This document shows, one piece after another, positions 36,931 to 48,500 of a stretch of 64,000 bases of DNA (position 1 is its first letter; each line of letters starts with the position of its first letter). A program made the position numbers and the translations under genes. Source of the stretch: Leptolyngbyaceae cyanobacterium (GTDB lineage Bacteria > Cyanobacteriota > Cyanobacteriia > Phormidesmidales > Phormidesmidaceae); the NCBI GenBank assembly GCA_965263355.1, contig CBDHHL010000049.1, positions 184,059 to 248,058 of the forward strand, read 5' to 3'. The notes under the pieces are model-generated. The model had not been told where the DNA came from. It did not search any database and was given only the letters and a program-made list of their open reading frames with translations.

Positions 36931-39900
36931 ATGCGTCATTGTTCTATGAGTGGTTTTAAGTGTCTTGGCTGGTTTGGTTTAATGGCAGCGGCTGTGCTAT
37001 TGCCTGTGGAGACGGCTATGGCATTGCCTGCTGAGACATTGACTAATCAGGCAATGTCGTTAACAAAAAAACAAAATGATCAGATTTCCAAAAGCTTTAC
37101 AAAAATGCCGTTCGAGATAGCAGAAGCAAATGCTGAAACAGAAATTAAGAAAGAGCAGGCTAGACAACTTTTTCAAACAGGTGACGCTTATTTCGCTCAA
37201 GACAGATATCAAGAAGCATTACAGCTATATGAGCAGGCTTTAGTAATTTATCGTGAAATTGAAGATCAGGTAGGTGAAGGGCAAACCCTTAACAATATTG
37301 GTAGTGTCAATGCTAGTTTAAGCCAATATGAGCAAGCTTTAGAATATTATGAACAAGCTTTGATAATTGTTCGTACGATTGAGTACCGTGTTGGGGAGTG
37401 GCCTATTCTCAATAATATTGGTGATGCATATAATAGTCTAGGGCAGTATCAGCAAGCACTCGACTATTATGAGCGTGCCCTTGAAATTGTTTATGATTTT
37501 AATGATCGCTCAGGTGAAGCTACTCTTTTAAATAATGTTGGACAGGTTTATCATAATCTAGGTCAATACTTACCGGCATTAGACAACTATAAACAAGCCT
37601 TGACACTTCTTCGGGAAGTTAAGGAGCGTGAAAGTCAAGGTATTGTTCTAAATAATATTGGCCTTACAAACTATAGCCTAGGAAAGTATTGGGACGCACT
37701 AGAGAATTATCAACAAGCGCTGTCTATTTTCCGTGAATTTGGTGAGCGTGCGGGAGAAAGCTTTCTTCTCAAGAATACAGGTCTGGTTCATAACGATCTA
37801 GGTCAATATTCACAGGCGTTGGATAGTTATAATCAAGCTTTAGTAATTGCTCGTGAAATTGGAACTCGAGCAGTTGAAAGCGCTGCTCTACAAAATATTG
37901 GCAGTACGTATCATAACTTAGGTCAATATTCACAAGCACTAAACAATTATGAGCAAGCTTTGGTAATTGCTCGTGAACTTAGAACTCGTGCAGGTGAAAG
38001 TGCTATTCTCAATGCTATTGGTAGCAACTACTATTTTCTGGAAAAATATTCACAAGCATTAGAGAGTTTTAGCCAAGCTTTAGCGATTCGCCGTGAGATT
38101 GATGACCGTGCAGGTGAAGGAATTACTCTTAATAATATCGGTGTCATATATTTTAGTTTGGATGATTATTCGCAGTCACTCAGATACTATGAACAAGCAT
38201 TAACAATTAGTCGTCAGATTCGGAACCGATTAGGTGAAAGCCAATCTCTTAACAATATTGGTCAGGTTTATAGCCAGTTAGAGCAATATTCAGAATCATT
38301 AAACTATCATGAACAAGCTTTATTAATTGATCGTGAACTTGGAAACCTTGAAAGTCAAGGAACAGTTCTAAATAACATTGGCCGATTGCTAGAGGAAATG
38401 GGCTCCTCAGAATTAGCGATCCTCTTTCTTAAACAGTCAATTAATATCCGCGAAGAAATTCGCGAAAAGAATTTAGCTCTTTCCTCGGATCAACAACAAT
38501 CTTACACTGAAACTGTTGCTCATACCTATCGCCAACTAGCCGATCTTCTCCTCCAACAAGACCGCGTCCTTGAAGCCCAACGCGTCCTCGATCTCCTAAA
38601 AGTCCAGGAACTCGACGAATACCTAAATACCGTCCGAGGTAATACCCGCACTGCCAGTGGCATCGACTACTACCAACCCGAGCAAGAAATCCTCAATCGC
38701 TATAACGAACTCCAAGCCTCCGCCATCGAAATTGGTCAACGACTCGCCGCCCTCAACAAAAAAGATACCGAAACCGGTCTCACCAATAGCGAAACCTCTG
38801 AGCGTAATGAACTCTACCAGCTACAAAAACAACTCCGCAAACAATTTAACGAATTTGCCGATACCCCTGAAATCAAAGGCTACATCGACCAAGCTCACCC
38901 GCGTAGACAGCACCCTCCCCATCACCGAAATCACCGGCCTCACCGACAAACTCGACCAGCTCAACGCCGTCCTCATCTATCCCCTCGTCCTCGACGACCG
39001 CATCGAACTAATCATTACCACCCCAGACTCCGCCCCCCTCCGCCGCACCGTCGAAAATGTCAGCCGCCAACAGCTTAATGACGCCATTACCCGCTTCCGC
39101 CAGGACCTCAGCACCCCAGCCAACAATGCCAAAGCCTCCGCCTATCAACTCTACCGCTGGCTGATCGAACTCCTCGAAGCTGACCTCGCCGATGCCGGTC
39201 TAACAACAATTCTCTACGCCCCAGACGGTCCCCTCCGCTATGTGCCCCTGGCCGCCCTTTACGATTCCGCTAATCCAGACGATGGTCAATGGCTGGCACA
39301 ACGCTTCCAGGTTAATAATATTACCGCCACCTCCCTACAGGAACTGGATACCCAACCCCCCGAAAATCCCCGCATCCTGGCCGGAGCCTTTGCCGATGAA
39401 AGCGTTATCCATACGGTCAATATTGGCGATAAAACCGTCGACTTCACCGGACTTCCCTTTGCAGGCATCGAAGTCACTACCATGGCCGATACTCTCTCTA
39501 ATATTCGCACCTACCTGGACGGCGATTTTAGTCTGGCTTCGCTAGAACCCCAGCTCAACAACTTTAATATTCTCCACTTTGCTACCCATGCCTCCCTGGT
39601 CCCCAAAGACGCTGGCGAGTCCTTTATTCTCTTTGGCAATGGCGATCAGCCCACCATTCGCGATATTGCCGACTGGCAACTGGACGATGTAGACCTGGTA
39701 GTACTCAGCGCCTGTGAGACTGGACTGGGGGGCTTTGATAACAATGGTGAACAAATTTTAGGCCTGGGCTATCAGTTTCAAACGGTGGGGGCACGGGCGG
39801 TGATTGCCTCGCTGTGGCAGGTGGATGACGGTGGTACCCAGGCCTTGATGAATGCCTTTTATCTGGCCTTGCGCAATGGGTTCTCAAGGACAGAAGCACT

Positions 39901-40069
39901 GCAACGGGCACAGCAGGCATTGATTGAGGATGATTTATCACTGGTGGGTGAACCGAGGGGGACGATTCGGGTGGTGGATGCGACGACGGGAGAGCCAGTG
40001 GCGCTGAAGGGCAGTTCGGACCATCCCTATTATTGGGCACCGTTTATTTTGATTGGCAATGGGTTGTGA
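36931..40069 (+). CDS. Secreted TPR-CHAT protease, split by one extra base near 38890 (pseudogene or sequence error)
   Basis: About eleven 40-aa TPRs in 36910..39078; CHAT HFATHA, LVVLSACETG, HPYYWAPFILIGNGL in 38657..40069. Junction YID/KLTRVD. Confidence 0.85.
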
Positions 40070-40184
40070 TGGTTTTGCTGAATAACTTAGGGACCCTGAG
40101 TGGTAACGATGAATGCAATAGTAAATAGGGCATCTAAGGCGCATTAACATCGTAGATTTTTGTTGATTTAATACTGACTGACCC

Positions 40185-41105
40185 ATGAAAAAATCACTGC
40201 TCTCTATTGTTGGCCTTGGCATTCTTTTAACTAGTAGTTTGACCTGGCGGCACCTAAAGCCTGCTGAGGCATCTGGTTTTACCCTACGTCGGGCAGCACC
40301 TACATTTACCACTGACCCTGGTGAGCTGGATCTATCTACGTCGGCTCTGGTGCCCGATGGTTTGCCAATGTCCGATGAACCTGCCGGGGGCCGGGGGGTG
40401 ATTGGCATTGATGACCGTACAGAAGTGCGAAGACGGGCTTACCCCTGGACAGCAATCGGGCGTTTAGACGGTGTTTCCCAAGCTGGTGATTATTACCACT
40501 GTACTGCCACCCTGATTGACACTAACTTGATTCTTACCAATGCCCACTGTGTGATTGATCCGGCTACCGGCCAGGCGGCTGCCCAGTTAGTATTTTCACC
40601 TAATGTTATTGACGGTACTGTCAGTTCGCCCCTTGACCGCGCGCTAGTTATTGATGGACTGGTGGGTACTGACTTTCAAGATCGTAATGCACCACCCCAC
40701 GAAGATGACTGGGCTATTCTTACACTCAATAAACCCCTGGGGCAACAGTTTGGTACGATTCCCCCAAAAGTTGTGGAGACCGAAACCCTAACCCAGGATA
40801 CCTATCGTGAGCAACTGATCATGGTGGGGTACTCGGGAGACTACCCGGCTGTACGTCCTGGTGAGACGGCAGCAGCCCATATGGGATGTAGCATTACGGC
40901 TGAAGCTGAGGAAGTGCTGTATCACATCTGTGATACCTATGGCGGTTCCTCCGGTGGTCCGCTTTTGGCCAGGGATGATGATGGCTATAGCATTGTAGGT
41001 TTGAATGCGGCAGCCCGGTTAGATCGCCAGGAGCGTGGCATCGTTAACTATGGTGTCAAAATCTCTCGCATTTTGGACCGTCTAGATCAACTGGTTGCTC
41101 GATAA
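40185..41105 (+). CDS. Secreted trypsin-like (V8/glutamyl-endopeptidase type) serine protease with propeptide
   Basis: Signal peptide; GRGVIGIDDR; triad TNAHCV, DWAIL, CDTYGGSSGGP. Confidence 0.9.
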   Translation: MKKSLLSIVGLGILLTSSLTWRHLKPAEASGFTLRRAAPTFTTDPGELDLSTSALVPDGLPMSDEPAGGRGVIGIDDRTEVRRRAYPWTAIGRLDGVSQAGDYYHCTATLIDTNLILTNAHCVIDPATGQAAAQLVFSPNVIDGTVSSPLDRALVIDGLVGTDFQDRNAPPHEDDWAILTLNKPLGQQFGTIPPKVVETETLTQDTYREQLIMVGYSGDYPAVRPGETAAAHMGCSITAEAEEVLYHICDTYGGSSGGPLLARDDDGYSIVGLNAAARLDRQERGIVNYGVKISRILDRLDQLVAR

Positions 41106-41247
41106 GGGGGGGTTAACAATAAGGTACCGATGCGTTACGACTATCGTCTTTGCTTGAATGCCTCTTGGGCTATACATAGCCTACATAGGGGCGGTACGTT
41201 ATTTAATTGCACATTCCTAAAGGATAAAACTGCGTTGTACGATTCCC

Positions 41248-43701
41248 ATGATTCAGACCTATCGCCTTGCCATTAACAGAGTTGACCAGATCTGTTTCTT
41301 TATCCTGAGCTGGGGAGAGGGTATGGAGCTGACGGCAACCGTGCCTTATCCCCAAAAGCTGGTAGAGAAATATGAAAAGTGGCAGCAGGCTTACTACTAT
41401 TACTATCGGGCGTTGCCAACTATCGATGTGGCTGATGGTGTATCTGCGCTGCGCGGACGCCCTGGTGTTACGGGCAATGTTCCGGTTGCCCACTCCGAAC
41501 TGCGCAGTCAACTGGCCCAGGTAGGAGAACGCTTAGTCGCGGATCTTTACAACTGGTTAGAACGTGGTGAACTGATTGAGATTCGCAGGCAGCTCAATAA
41601 ACGCGATTCTCCTCACCTAACGACTACTCTATTTCTCAGCTGTGCTGAAATGGAACTGCGACGATTGCCGTGGGAGAGTTGGGAACTGACAACAGAATTT
41701 GGCCAGGGGCCACCGATTCGGATTGCCCGACAGCCGGTTAATATTCCGGTGGCGGCAAACCCACCGAGAAAACAACGGCGTAAAGCTCGGGCTCTGGTGA
41801 TTATTGGCGATGATACGGGGCTAGACTTTAGGCAAGATTTAGAGGCTGTTGCGCGGCTAAAAACGCTAGTGGATATTCAGATTATTGGCTGGCAGCGGGG
41901 CAAGAACGCTACTGACCTGATTAAAGAGGTGCGCAGTGAGATTTGTGACCCTGAAGGTTGGGATATGTTGTTCTTCTTTGGCCATAGTAATGAAGCAACG
42001 GGCCTGGGTGGAGAGATTGCGATCGCACCCAAAACCCATATCTCTATGCGCGACCTAGAATTAGACCTGACCGAAGCCAAACGCAATGGTCTTCAGTTTG
42101 CTCTATTTAACTCCTGCAAAGGGTTAGACATTGCCAATGAGCTGGTGACCCTGGGGCTAAACCAGGTGGTGATTATGCGAGAGCCGATCCACAATCAAGT
42201 GGCCCAATGCTTTTTGCTGCAGTTTCTCAAACGGTTGGCCCAATATGACGATGTGCATACGGCGCTACAGAATGCGACAAAGACGTTGAAGGCTGAAAAG
42301 AATATGGCCTATCCGTCGGCGTACCTGGTGCCATCGTTGTTTAGCCATCGGGGTGCAGAGCTGTTTCAACTGCAGCCAGTGGGGATAATGGCCAAGCTAG
42401 CAAAGTTATGGCCGAGTCGAAAGCAAGGGATAGTACTGAGTGCGATCGCAGTTCTCTCGTTGCTACCGCCTGTGCAAAATAGTCTTATTGCGGGTCGTCT
42501 ATGGACCCAGGCAGTTACGAACCATGTCGCAACTCGTCCCCTCCAAGCAGAGGTGTCTCCACCGGTACTATTAGTGCATGTGGATGATGCGTCCATTACC
42601 GATCAACGCTATGAGGGAGATGTTGATCGGATTAGTAGAGATTATTTAGCCCAGCTGTTGGATCGTCTGGTGGCCCTTGATGCCAACGTTATCGGCATTG
42701 ATTATATTCTTGATCAAAAGCAGGACGATAATGATCGTCAATTGGCCCAGTCTGTCCAAAAAGCTGTTGAGGAAGACACCTGGATAGTATTTGCCAGTGA
42801 GTTGAAAAATGGTCAGGAACTAGGCCCCCAGGAAGCCCTATTTAATCACTATTGGAGTATGCAAGGGTATGTTAATGCACCTCCCTGGTATCTCAAAGCA
42901 TTACAAACCAGTCAATACTGTGATGTACGCTGTCCATTTAGTTATTTACTAGCCATTACCCATGCTGCGGTTCATAGTCCATCTAATCTAGACGTGAATC
43001 TCTCGTTGGAGAGAACTAGTAAACTGAACACAGATCTGTTTAAGGAGGTCTCACGAACAAATGATGATCCATTGTTAAAAGACTTATTTCGCTATCGTCT
43101 ACCTTTGATAACTAGTCTATCCCGTTGGCTTAATCAGCGATGGTTTCATCCGGTTTTAGACTTTTCCATACCGTTAGAGCATGTTTTTATGCGTATCTCG
43201 GCCCAAGAGTTGTTGGGTCGAGATATTACGACATTAAACAACCAGTATGACTGGCAAAATCAGGTTGTTTTAATTGGTGCCAGTGATTACTATAGAGCTA
43301 GTCCCGACAGGTGGCTAGATTATGTGGTAAATCCTCCTGCTATTCAATTTTGGCGAGATCGGGTACAGGATCGCAATAATCATTTTACAGGTGTAGAAGG
43401 CCATGCCTATACGATTCATCACTTTTTGAACCGGCATAGGGTAACCCCTGTTCCTAATTTGTGGATGGTGATAATGGGGATGGGAGTAGGGGCTGTCTCA
43501 GCATGGTTTTTACGGCGACATAAGGATTTACGGCAGTATCGTTGGTCGGGGTTGGTGGCCTTTAGCATTGGATATGGGCTGTTTGGGCTTGTGAGCTATG
43601 GTGTAGCGTCGGTTATGTTGCCCTGGCTGTTACCAACGGCTGCTGTGTGGGTATATCACATACCCAATTTGAAACGTTCTAATCAGGAGAGAAATTTATA
43701 A
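41248..43701 (+). CDS. CHAT-TM-CHASE2-TM receptor protease
   Basis: LPWESW, FFFGHS, LFNSCKG, VVIMREPI (CHAT); VLLVHVDD, IGIDYILD, GVEGHAY and terminal TMs (CHASE2). Confidence 0.85.
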   Translation: MIQTYRLAINRVDQICFFILSWGEGMELTATVPYPQKLVEKYEKWQQAYYYYYRALPTIDVADGVSALRGRPGVTGNVPVAHSELRSQLAQVGERLVADLYNWLERGELIEIRRQLNKRDSPHLTTTLFLSCAEMELRRLPWESWELTTEFGQGPPIRIARQPVNIPVAANPPRKQRRKARALVIIGDDTGLDFRQDLEAVARLKTLVDIQIIGWQRGKNATDLIKEVRSEICDPEGWDMLFFFGHSNEATGLGGEIAIAPKTHISMRDLELDLTEAKRNGLQFALFNSCKGLDIANELVTLGLNQVVIMREPIHNQVAQCFLLQFLKRLAQYDDVHTALQNATKTLKAEKNMAYPSAYLVPSLFSHRGAELFQLQPVGIMAKLAKLWPSRKQGIVLSAIAVLSLLPPVQNSLIAGRLWTQAVTNHVATRPLQAEVSPPVLLVHVDDASITDQRYEGDVDRISRDYLAQLLDRLVALDANVIGIDYILDQKQDDNDRQLAQSVQKAVEEDTWIVFASELKNGQELGPQEALFNHYWSMQGYVNAPPWYLKALQTSQYCDVRCPFSYLLAITHAAVHSPSNLDVNLSLERTSKLNTDLFKEVSRTNDDPLLKDLFRYRLPLITSLSRWLNQRWFHPVLDFSIPLEHVFMRISAQELLGRDITTLNNQYDWQNQVVLIGASDYYRASPDRWLDYVVNPPAIQFWRDRVQDRNNHFTGVEGHAYTIHHFLNRHRVTPVPNLWMVIMGMGVGAVSAWFLRRHKDLRQYRWSGLVAFSIGYGLFGLVSYGVASVMLPWLLPTAAVWVYHIPNLKRSNQERNL

Positions 43702-44384
43702 TGGTTCCGATTCAGAGCATGTACCGTAATGGTTTAGGTGGTTTTTTTATTGTTGTTCTTGGTTTAGGGTTGGCTTCTGATGCAAAGGCCCAACAGTCAT
43801 CTATTAGTTTACAAAGTCGTTTGAATAATATTTTGAGTCGGATTATTAAGGATGATGAGGATAAGGAGCCACCCTGGGGATCGCGGGGAGATATGTGTGC
43901 GATCGCACCGACTTTTCCTGGAGCTGGAACGCCTACAATTTGGCATGATCGGCCAGTAATTGTATGGCAGGCAGGAACCGTGGCTAAAGTCGCGCTCCAG
44001 GATGCCCTGACTGATGAAACTTTGTGGGAGTACGCACCCTCCGCCGATGAAACCCATGTGGTTTATGATGGTGAGCCGTTGAAGCCAGGGGAGACCTATA
44101 CGCTAGCGTTACACAAGTTTGCCTCTGCTGGTCCTACATTGATTCCTGACTTTCAGGTGATGCACCCTATTTTCAGATCTCTGGTTAATAATGGTTTGGA
44201 GAATTCGTTTAAGTCCAATGAGTCAGTGGTATCTGATGCTGAGTGGATGGCTATCCATCGGGCGGATTATTTCTCTCAGCGAGATCTGCCCTTCGATGCG
44301 ATTCAGGCATTATTTAGCGTAAGCGATCCGTCTTCTGAACTGTTGGCTATTCAGGCACAGGTGATTGAAGAGACATGTGATTAA
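43701..44384 (+). CDS. DUF928-like secreted protein
   Basis: Signal peptide; GSRGDMCAIAP, IWHDRPVIVW, YDGEPLKPGETY; coupled to the upstream stop codon. Confidence 0.7.
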   Translation: MVPIQSMYRNGLGGFFIVVLGLGLASDAKAQQSSISLQSRLNNILSRIIKDDEDKEPPWGSRGDMCAIAPTFPGAGTPTIWHDRPVIVWQAGTVAKVALQDALTDETLWEYAPSADETHVVYDGEPLKPGETYTLALHKFASAGPTLIPDFQVMHPIFRSLVNNGLENSFKSNESVVSDAEWMAIHRADYFSQRDLPFDAIQALFSVSDPSSELLAIQAQVIEETCD

Positions 44385-44397
44385 AATGAATAACCTT

Positions 44398-44529
44398 GTA
44401 GGGGCAATCCCTTGTAGTTACCCTGCGAAATTGATGGCAGTTAACCAGGATCTTTCATCACATTCATATATGAAGGTTTTGGCTAATGGCCTATGATATC
44501 CAAGGGCTGGCACAAGGCGCAGCCCCTAC
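44398..44529. repeat. REPIN/MITE-like element bounded by inverted GTAGGGGC REP ends
   Basis: GTAGGGGCAATCCCTTGTAGTTACCCT ... AGGGCTGGCACAAGGCGCAGCCCCTAC. Confidence 0.7.
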
Positions 44530-44596
44530 AAGATGATGATTCCAGGTTAAATCTAAATTGGGGTAATGTGATTTTCTCTACGCTTGGCACACGTAA

Positions 44597-44698
44597 TGGT
44601 TGGTGGACGACACTGGCACCAGTCTGCTTGCCAGCGGCACTGGGTTACAACATCCCTACTACTGGGCTTCGTTTATTTTGATTGGCAATGGACTGTAG
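44597..44698 (+). pseudogene. C-terminal remnant of a CHAT gene
   Basis: Unlisted frame reads WLVDDTGTSLLASGTGLQHPYYWASFILIGNGL*, matching the end of 38657..40069. Confidence 0.85.
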
Positions 44699-44721
44699 GT
44701 AGTGCATGATGGCCAGACGTT

Positions 44722-44982
44722 TCAGATAATAATCAAGCAAAAAATACACATTATGCAGTCAAGGCATTTATCCAGGAAGCTCCAGCTATCTAGAAGTTTC
44801 AGCCCTTCTTGAGCATTACCAACGGCGGCCATTGCTTTGAATCGGGTATAGGCATCGAATTCTGCCAGGACAATTGTAGACAACTCTTCCATTAGCTTAT
44901 TGATACTAATGCCACGACTTTGAGCCAGTTCTTTTAACCGCTCATGCTTATCATCGGGTAGTCGAATAGTTAATGTCGCCAT
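44722..44982 (-). CDS. Ribbon-helix-helix (HicB-like) antitoxin
   Basis: MATLTIRLPDDKHERLKELAQSRGISINKLMEEL; tail may be frameshifted. Confidence 0.85.
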   Translation of the reverse strand: MATLTIRLPDDKHERLKELAQSRGISINKLMEELSTIVLAEFDAYTRFKAMAAVGNAQEGLKLLDSWSFLDKCLDCIMCIFCLIII

Positions 44983-44984
44983 GG

Positions 44985-45410
44985 TTATACTCTCCTTAAA
45001 ACTTCTTCTGGTTTTACGATCATCAGATCAGGAAACAACAATTCTGAGTTTTGAAAATCTTTAATGTTGTTAGTGGCAATAATTTTGGCATTACCTGCTA
45101 CAGCCAGTTCGATTAAATGGTTATCAGTCTCATCTTTTAGATTTGGACGCCAGGTGTAATAGAGGGTGATCCATTTGCTCACACTCATAAATGCCTGGAG
45201 TAAGGTGATAATCTCAGCCTGATTTAAGGGGCATTTAGCAAGAATGCTATCTCTTGCCATTACAGACTCATACTCACAAAACAGGGTACTTCCCATCAGT
45301 GGCTGATAGGTACCTATCAAACATTGCCTGATCAGTTCACGACTAGGACCCATCGAACCAATTAAGGCACTGATAAAAACACTAGTGTCGACAACGAGCT
45401 TAGTAGACAT
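44985..45410 (-). CDS. PIN-domain toxin
   Basis: VVDTSVFISAL, WRPNLKDETDNHLIELAVAG, IATNNIKDF. Confidence 0.9.
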   Translation of the reverse strand: MSTKLVVDTSVFISALIGSMGPSRELIRQCLIGTYQPLMGSTLFCEYESVMARDSILAKCPLNQAEIITLLQAFMSVSKWITLYYTWRPNLKDETDNHLIELAVAGNAKIIATNNIKDFQNSELLFPDLMIVKPEEVLRRV

Positions 45411-45553
45411 AAGAGAATGATAGCATATGTGCTATCATCTGATGACTGAGGACGTAAACGATAGTGCCGAGCTGCACCAGTGAATAGGTTGAAACTGCTT
45501 AGAAATAGCAATTCTAACTTGGCAGAACTTGAGGCAGCTATGACGAAATACAG

Positions 45554-48500
45554 TTGGGAGGCAAGAACATGTCATTAGGGCAATCTTGGGCAGGTGGAAT
45601 GCTAACAATGCTGCTAACTGCAAGCAGCGGGAATCTACTGCCAATACAAGCAAAACCTACCTTACTTCAACAACTGGCCCAAGTAACCGCTGGTGCAGTA
45701 ACCGGGTATTTAGATAGCAATAGCCAAGCCTTTGGTGATGGTACTTACTTCAATGTTCACACCTTTGAAGGTACAGCGGGTGATGCCATCTCCCTAGAAA
45801 TGATCAGTGACGACTTTGATGCCTCATTGCTACTGATTAAACCTGGAGGTGCAATATTAGCCTCATATGATGGCGGTGGCGAAGGCACCAACGTCAAGTT
45901 CATGCTGAGATTACCAGAGACAGGATATTACCAACTCTATGCCACCTCTAACAATCTTGGAGAAGGAGAATATCGTCTCAGTCTGCGCCCGCTTAGCGAC
46001 GCTGAGGCCGCTGAATTGCCGTCCTGGAATCAGACATACTACAGCGATCGCCCCTTCGATTTTGCCTTTGCACAAGATGTGGGTTCAGCCTCTATACAGA
46101 GCAATTCTTCACAAGGGCTCCCCATGTTTGAAGAACAGCTCGCTATTTTGAAAACACAGTTAGGAGATAACCATCCAGTAGTTGCCAGCCAACTCTATGG
46201 CTTAGCAAGTCTATATCTGGTCCAATACCGCTTCGCTGATGCTGAACCGCTCTTGTTAGAAGCGCTGACTATCTACCGTGCCTTACCCGACCCCTATCCC
46301 GATGAAACAGCAGAGATTCTCCAGGCTCTAGCAGATATTGCTGGACTTCGAGGTCAGTTGGAAGCAAGTGAGGCGCTTGGTGACCAAGCCGTGGAGATTC
46401 GCGAAAATTCAGATCTACCTAGTCGTACCTATGATGAATCATCCCTGGTTGCATCGATTGAAACTGCTCGCAGCAATGGACAACTGGTAGATGTGGTTGG
46501 TTCTATGGACGTTCTGGCGGATATGTATAATCGCCAAGGTCGCTATGATGATGCCGAGTCGCTTTACCAAGAGGCGATCGCAATTCGTCGCAATTCTTCG
46601 GTATACGAAGGAATCGAAGATCCCGAGATTGCCAGGAGTTTGAATGGACTCGCTCTTCTATATCAAGCACAAGGTCGTTACAAAGAGGCTAGGTCACTAT
46701 ATCAAGACGCCTTGGACATTCAAGAAGCATTCAACAACTCCATATATGCTGGTGAATCTGCAGACATTTTTCAACTTTATAGGACGTTTCCAATCCTATA
46801 TAACTTGGCTGGGGTATATAGGGCGACTGACAATATCTCTCAAGCAGTTACTACTCTCCGAACTGCACTGGATATTGAGGAGCGAGACTTGGATGTCAAC
46901 TTAGCTAACTTAGGAGAGGCTGATCGTACTAGATATCTTGCCCAGCGTGCCAATACGCTAGATTATGTCCTTTCTCTTAATTTAGATGCCGCCCCAGAGT
47001 CAGCTGGAGCAACCCAGTTAGCGCTGACCACATTGCTGCGTCGTAAAGGACGTCTCTTGGAAGCCAACGTTAGAACACAAGAGATTTTGCGTGAGAATGC
47101 TACTCCAGAAGAACTGAATTGGCTGGATCAACTCTCTCAGATTCAGCAGGAGATTTCGAATCTAACGTTGCAGCCTCCAGCAAACTTGTCAGCAGCTGCC
47201 TATCAAACCAGACTGGCGCAACTCAAAAGTAGGGCGAATCAGCTAGAAACGGTCTTGGCTCGGCGCAGTGCGGACCTAGCGCTAAATTCACAGTCGGTTG
47301 ACCTGGATGCTGTTCAGGCTAAGATTCCAGCCAATGGGGTGTTGATTGAGTATGCGCGCTACCAGCCATTTGATCCGTTGACTCCCCTCAGTGAACAAGG
47401 GGTAGGGTTTGCCGCTGATCGTTTTGGTGCGCCTCGCTACGCTGCCTATCTCTTCTTTCCCGATGGCCGTATCCATATTACTGACCTGGGAGATGCTGCT
47501 GAAATTGATGCGGCTATTGAGTCGTTTATTCGGTTGTTGCAGGTCCCCAGCGTTGACTTTCAACGGGGGACTATTGATGTTGTTCCTAATCCTCAAGCGA
47601 GCGATCGCATCACCAGCACCCTCAATCGCCTCATTTTTGCCCCGATTGCCCCCTATCTTCAGAATACCGAACACCTTTTAATTTCTCCCGATAGCCAGCT
47701 GAACCGTGTCCCCTTTGAGGCCCTGCAGCCGGAAGCAGGGGGCGACTACCTGGTGCAGCGATACCAGATCAGCTATCTTAACTCCGGGCGGGATCTGTTG
47801 CAGTTTGGTGTGCTGGAGCCTAGTCAAAATCCCGCTGTTATCTTTGCTAACCCTGACTATGATGCGGTTGATGATACTGTGCAGATTGCCCAGGCTCGCG
47901 ATCTCAACCTGGAAAAAAATCGTCGCTCCAGCGATCTAAGTCAGATGCAAGTAGGACCGCTCCCTGGGACTGCCGACGAAGCGGAAGCCATTAAGTCGCT
48001 GCTGCCCAATGCTACTCTGCTAACCACCGACAAGGCGACAGAAAATGCCTTGAAACAGGTGCAGTCTCCCCGTATTCTACACATTGCTACCCACGGTTTC
48101 TTCCTGCCTGATATGGAACGAGCTGCTGCTGTCACCGAATTGGCCAATGGTCCTGTCTCTAATGTTGCATTGACAGCCAGGGGTTCCAGTGAGAATCGCC
48201 TACTGCGCTCTGGTCTAGCCCTAGCTGGTTTCAATCCCCGTGAAAGTGGTCTTGAAGATGGAGTGTTGACTGCCCTGGAAGCGTCTACCCTAAATCTCTT
48301 TGGAACACAGCTTGTTGTCTTGTCTGCCTGCGAAACTGGTTTGGGCGATATCGCTAACGGTGAAGGAGTGTATGGCCTCAGGAGATCCTTTGCCCTAGCT
48401 GGAGCCGAGACTCAACTCATGAGCTTGTGGCAGGTAGACGACTATGGCACCCAGAGTCTGATGGCGCAGTACTACAAAAATCTGACCACCAGTATGGGAC

